Origin: Cyanophora paradoxa CCMP329
Taxonomy: Eukaryota > Plantae > Glaucophyta
DNA length: 64,000 nucleotides
Direction of reading: 5' to 3'
Assembly (NCBI GenBank): GCA_004431415.1
Contig: QPMI01000064.1
Location: forward strand, 1-64,000
Position numbers and translations under genes: made by a program. The notes under the pieces were generated by a model. That model was not told where the DNA came from. It was given only the letters and a program-made list of their open reading frames with translations, and searched no databases. Of the stretch, positions 61,219 through 64,000 are shown piece by piece. Position 1 is the stretch's first letter, and each line of letters opens with the position of its first letter.

Positions 61219-61254
<36 letters not shown>

Positions 61255-61609
61255 CTTTTGCGCCCGCTGATGAGGCCGCGAGGCGCCTCAGGTGAGCGGC
61301 GACGGGACGGACGGGTCCGGCTCCGACGGCACCCGCCAGAACAGCGGCGCCGTTGGGAGCCCCGTCGGGGGGGTACAGCGCCGCTCCCGCAAGGGCAGCG
61401 TCCTCGCCGCCGCTTCGGTACCCCTCTCGCTTACTTACTTACTTTCCCTTTGCGCGGCCTCCGCTGAGGCCCTTTGCCAGGACGCGATCCAGGCGTTCGG
61501 GAACCGGCTGCGGAGGCCGTCCAGAAAGGACTCGATCGGACTCGAACCGGGGATCCCGGACGACGCGGCCATGGAGCTCCTGTCGGCCCGCACCTCCGTG
61601 GTCAGGTGA
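54385..61609 (+). CDS. Membrane-anchored class I 3',5'-cyclic nucleotide phosphodiesterase
   Basis: Several TM exons at 55.0-56.3 kb. Catalytic exons read PYHTSTHAADVVQ, AVVHDVSHSGRN, LLYNDQS|VLENAS, VLATDMARH, K|VADISNAAR, EWTNRVNEEFHQQG|DEEKRLGLPVS...GFLSFLALPLFNAW...KNLWHWK. Confidence 0.9.
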
Positions 61610-61813
61610 GGCCCCTGAGGCGGGCCGGCCCCGGCTCCAGCTGCAGACGGCGCCGCCGAATCAAATCGAATCCGACACGCGCTCGGGTCTGCTGTACATT
61701 GCTTGCGCTTTCTTTGCGAGTTATATATCTTCAGTAAGATGTAGCATCTCATAGGATTTCGTCAGTTCTCGTGTGCCGGCTTTCGTTCCCCGATTTTCGT
61801 GCTTTTCATCGTC

Positions 61814-61866
61814 CGTGTAGATGTACCTCGACTTGTGTGGCGTGTAGATGTACCTCGACTTGTGTG
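61814..61866. repeat. Tandem duplication of a 27-bp unit in the PDE 3' region
   Basis: CGTGTAGATGTACCTCGACTTGTGTG occurs twice in tandem. Confidence 0.85.
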
Positions 61867-62363
61867 CTATTGGGCCTTATTTCAACCCTATGCTGCAGTC
61901 CGAAGCTCCGGATTGTTAGAGCTCTGTACTACGGTATATTCTTGCGTGCACTGCGTGCATCAAGATTAATTCGAGAGATTGCATTCTAGTGCATCATTCC
62001 AGCCTGTTTTGAGCTGGTGATCGACGGTTTAGTTGAGATCTGTTCGGCTCCTTCAATTCAGAGGTGTTTCACAAGTAAATGTAGATTCGAGGAAGTAGCA
62101 TGACAGAAACCGATTTCGATTCGCTTTGATTCAAATGAATGTTTTGGCCAAATTACAAACTACGCGAAAAATCTCAACAGTCGAGTCTAGTCGCGTGCTC
62201 CCGCGCTCCGGCACGCATGCAGTTCGGAGTTAACGTTCAATTTGAGCGTGCATGCATATCGGGCGAGAAATCTGGTCCGGCAAGAAACATTAAATTCCCG
62301 GAGAGCCTCGGAGTATCCAAGTTCTGATGACTCCTGGGAGACCGCGGGAACGAGTACCCAGTA

Positions 62364-62555
62364 CTTGTCACAGACTCACAGTGACCGTCGGCGTCCGTCG
62401 CTGTCCGGATCCGAGACTCCGAGTGACTCAAGCGGTGATGACGTCTACTTTCTAGTAGGGCCAAAAATTAATCCGATGATTTTTTGCAACGCCACGACTT
62501 TTTTTTCAAGTTAGGTGAATTACCGGCCACATGTACACTGTGAGTCTGTGACATG
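62364..62555. mobile_element. MITE-like element with about 20-bp TIRs, flanked by TA
   Basis: GTACTTGTCACAGACTCACAGTG (62361-62383) and CACTGTGAGTCTGTGACATGTAC (62536-62558) are inverted with a 22/23 match. TA (or GTAC) is duplicated at the ends. Confidence 0.7.
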
Positions 62556-62887
62556 TACAGTCTCTAGACACCGGGCGAATTCGGCAATTTTAATCCGCGG
62601 CAATTTAAGCCATCCTACAGTACCGTGTAACACTTAAGTATATAAGTAATGCGCGCACTTAAGTACGTAATGCGGTCCCAAATTAATGCGTTTTCGGCGC
62701 TGGCTAAACGCATTATATTAAGATGATTAATGATTCATGCCGGTTTCTGCCGGCCGTCAAACCGCTTTACTAGAAATTTGGGCCCTAATTTTGGGGGCGC
62801 ATACTGTAATTCTGTAATTTCTGTAAGGCGCAATCTGCTGTGCCGGCTACGTATCGCTACTATTCTCTAGCGCTAGCTAATATAGCG

Positions 62888-64000
62888 CTAGCCGACGACC
62901 TCGAGCTCGGCGAAGGGGTACCCCGCGGCGGCGTCGGCCACCGCCGGAAGGCCGTCCGCGGCGCGGGGTACGAAGAGCGCCGCCCGCACCTGCGGGGGAG
63001 GGGGATGGGGGGGAGGAACTTCGGAATCGGACGGGGGGCCGGGGGCGGGGCGCGCGTGAGAGTGGATCTAGTCTATAGCTAGTAGGAGGGGGAGGGGGGA
63101 GAGGGGGGAGGGGGGGGGGGGTTCGGGGGGCGGGGCGTGAGGCGTTCGCGGGCCCTGGCGGGGCCGTGCCGGGGGCCCAGAGACGGGGACTAGGGTTCAG
63201 AGCCCGAGGTCTAGATCTAGAGCAAGCAGGGGGCCGGGGGGGGGGGGGGAAGAGGGGGAAGAGGGGGGGGGGGGGGGGGGGCGGACCTCGGCCCCGCCAG
63301 CGCGGAGGGCGTCCAGTGACGCCAGCGCGCCCAGCTCCTGCCCCCAGCCCGGCGAGGCGTGAGGCGGAGCCTCGGAGCCGAGCGATGGAGGGCGGAGGGC
63401 CGGGGCGAGGGCGGGGGCGGGGCGAGGCTTATATTTAATTAGGGGGAGACTGGACGCCGGCTAGGTCCGGGGTCCTTCGGGGTACGGTCTAGGTCCTCTC
63501 TGGGCAGCGGCTTCTTATGATTAGATTGGATTCGAGAGCGGCGGGCACCTGGGGGCCTTAAACGTCCTTAGGGGTCTAGGCCTAGGTCCTGTCTATAGCT
63601 AGGCGGCCGCTTCTCAGAGACTTCGATTAGACTCGAGGGCGGGGGGCACCTGGGGGCCGGAGGGGGACCAGACGGCGTCTGCGCGCTCGAGGGCGGGGCA
63701 CGGCCGCGCCGCCGCCGCCGCCGCCACCGCCGCCACAAAGGCAGCCCCGCCCTCCACCTGCAGGACGAAATTAGATCTGGATCAAATCTAGATTAGATCT
63801 AGATCAAATCCAGGCGGACGCGGGCTACGTGGCAGTCGAGGCGGCGGAGGGCGCGGCGCCCGCGCTCGACGAGGCCGGCCGCCGCCCCGCACGCCGCCTC
63901 CTCCAGCGCCCCCCCCGGGCACGTCACCTGCGCGCGGGCCGGTGGGCTCGGGCGGGGCGACGGGGGCGGGGCGGCCGCCGGGCTCGGCGGCGGGCGCGGC
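62888..64000 (-). CDS. 3' end of a hypothetical multi-exon gene
   Basis: Last exon CAG|VRAALFVPRAADGLPAVADAAAGYPFAELEVVG* (stop 62888-62890). An upstream exon reads VEGGAAFVAAVAAAAAARPCPALERADAVWSP. Confidence 0.45.

Noticed and set aside
62616-62808. TA-CAGTA...TACTG-TA as another Tc1/pogo MITE
   Set aside because: The inverted match does not extend beyond about 7 bp.

Overview
GC-rich, intron-dense eukaryotic nuclear DNA. Introns are mostly about 50-100 nt, many have GC donors, and the six-frame ORF track is largely misleading. A plastid-type transit peptide starting M-A-F suggests a glaucophyte (Cyanophora-like) alga; this is inference. Manual splicing supports these genes in order: a partial membrane-protein gene (-), a bacterial effector-like M91/NleD-type zinc metalloprotease whose HExxH motif is split by an intron (+, 2283-5442), a stand-alone response-regulator receiver (-), a VLCFA 3-ketoacyl-CoA reductase (-), a large TmcB-like membrane/TPR protein (+), a degenerate PPDK phospho-His-domain fragment (-), an ARM-repeat protein (+), a PTB/hnRNP-L-like RRM protein (-), p24/EMP24 (+), plastid cysteine synthase (-), PEX11 (-), a large protein ending in an AMSH-like JAMM deubiquitinase (+), a membrane-anchored class I cyclic-nucleotide PDE with unusual active-site substitutions (+), and a partial gene (-). 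Mobile DNA comprises two hAT-type MITEs with 8-bp TSDs, a TIR MITE, and a poly(A)-tailed SINE-like insertion with a 15-bp TSD. The top candidate is the intron-rich, probably horizontally acquired M91 protease. Exon boundaries were read by eye, and several apparent 1-nt frameshifts in homopolymers may be assembly errors.
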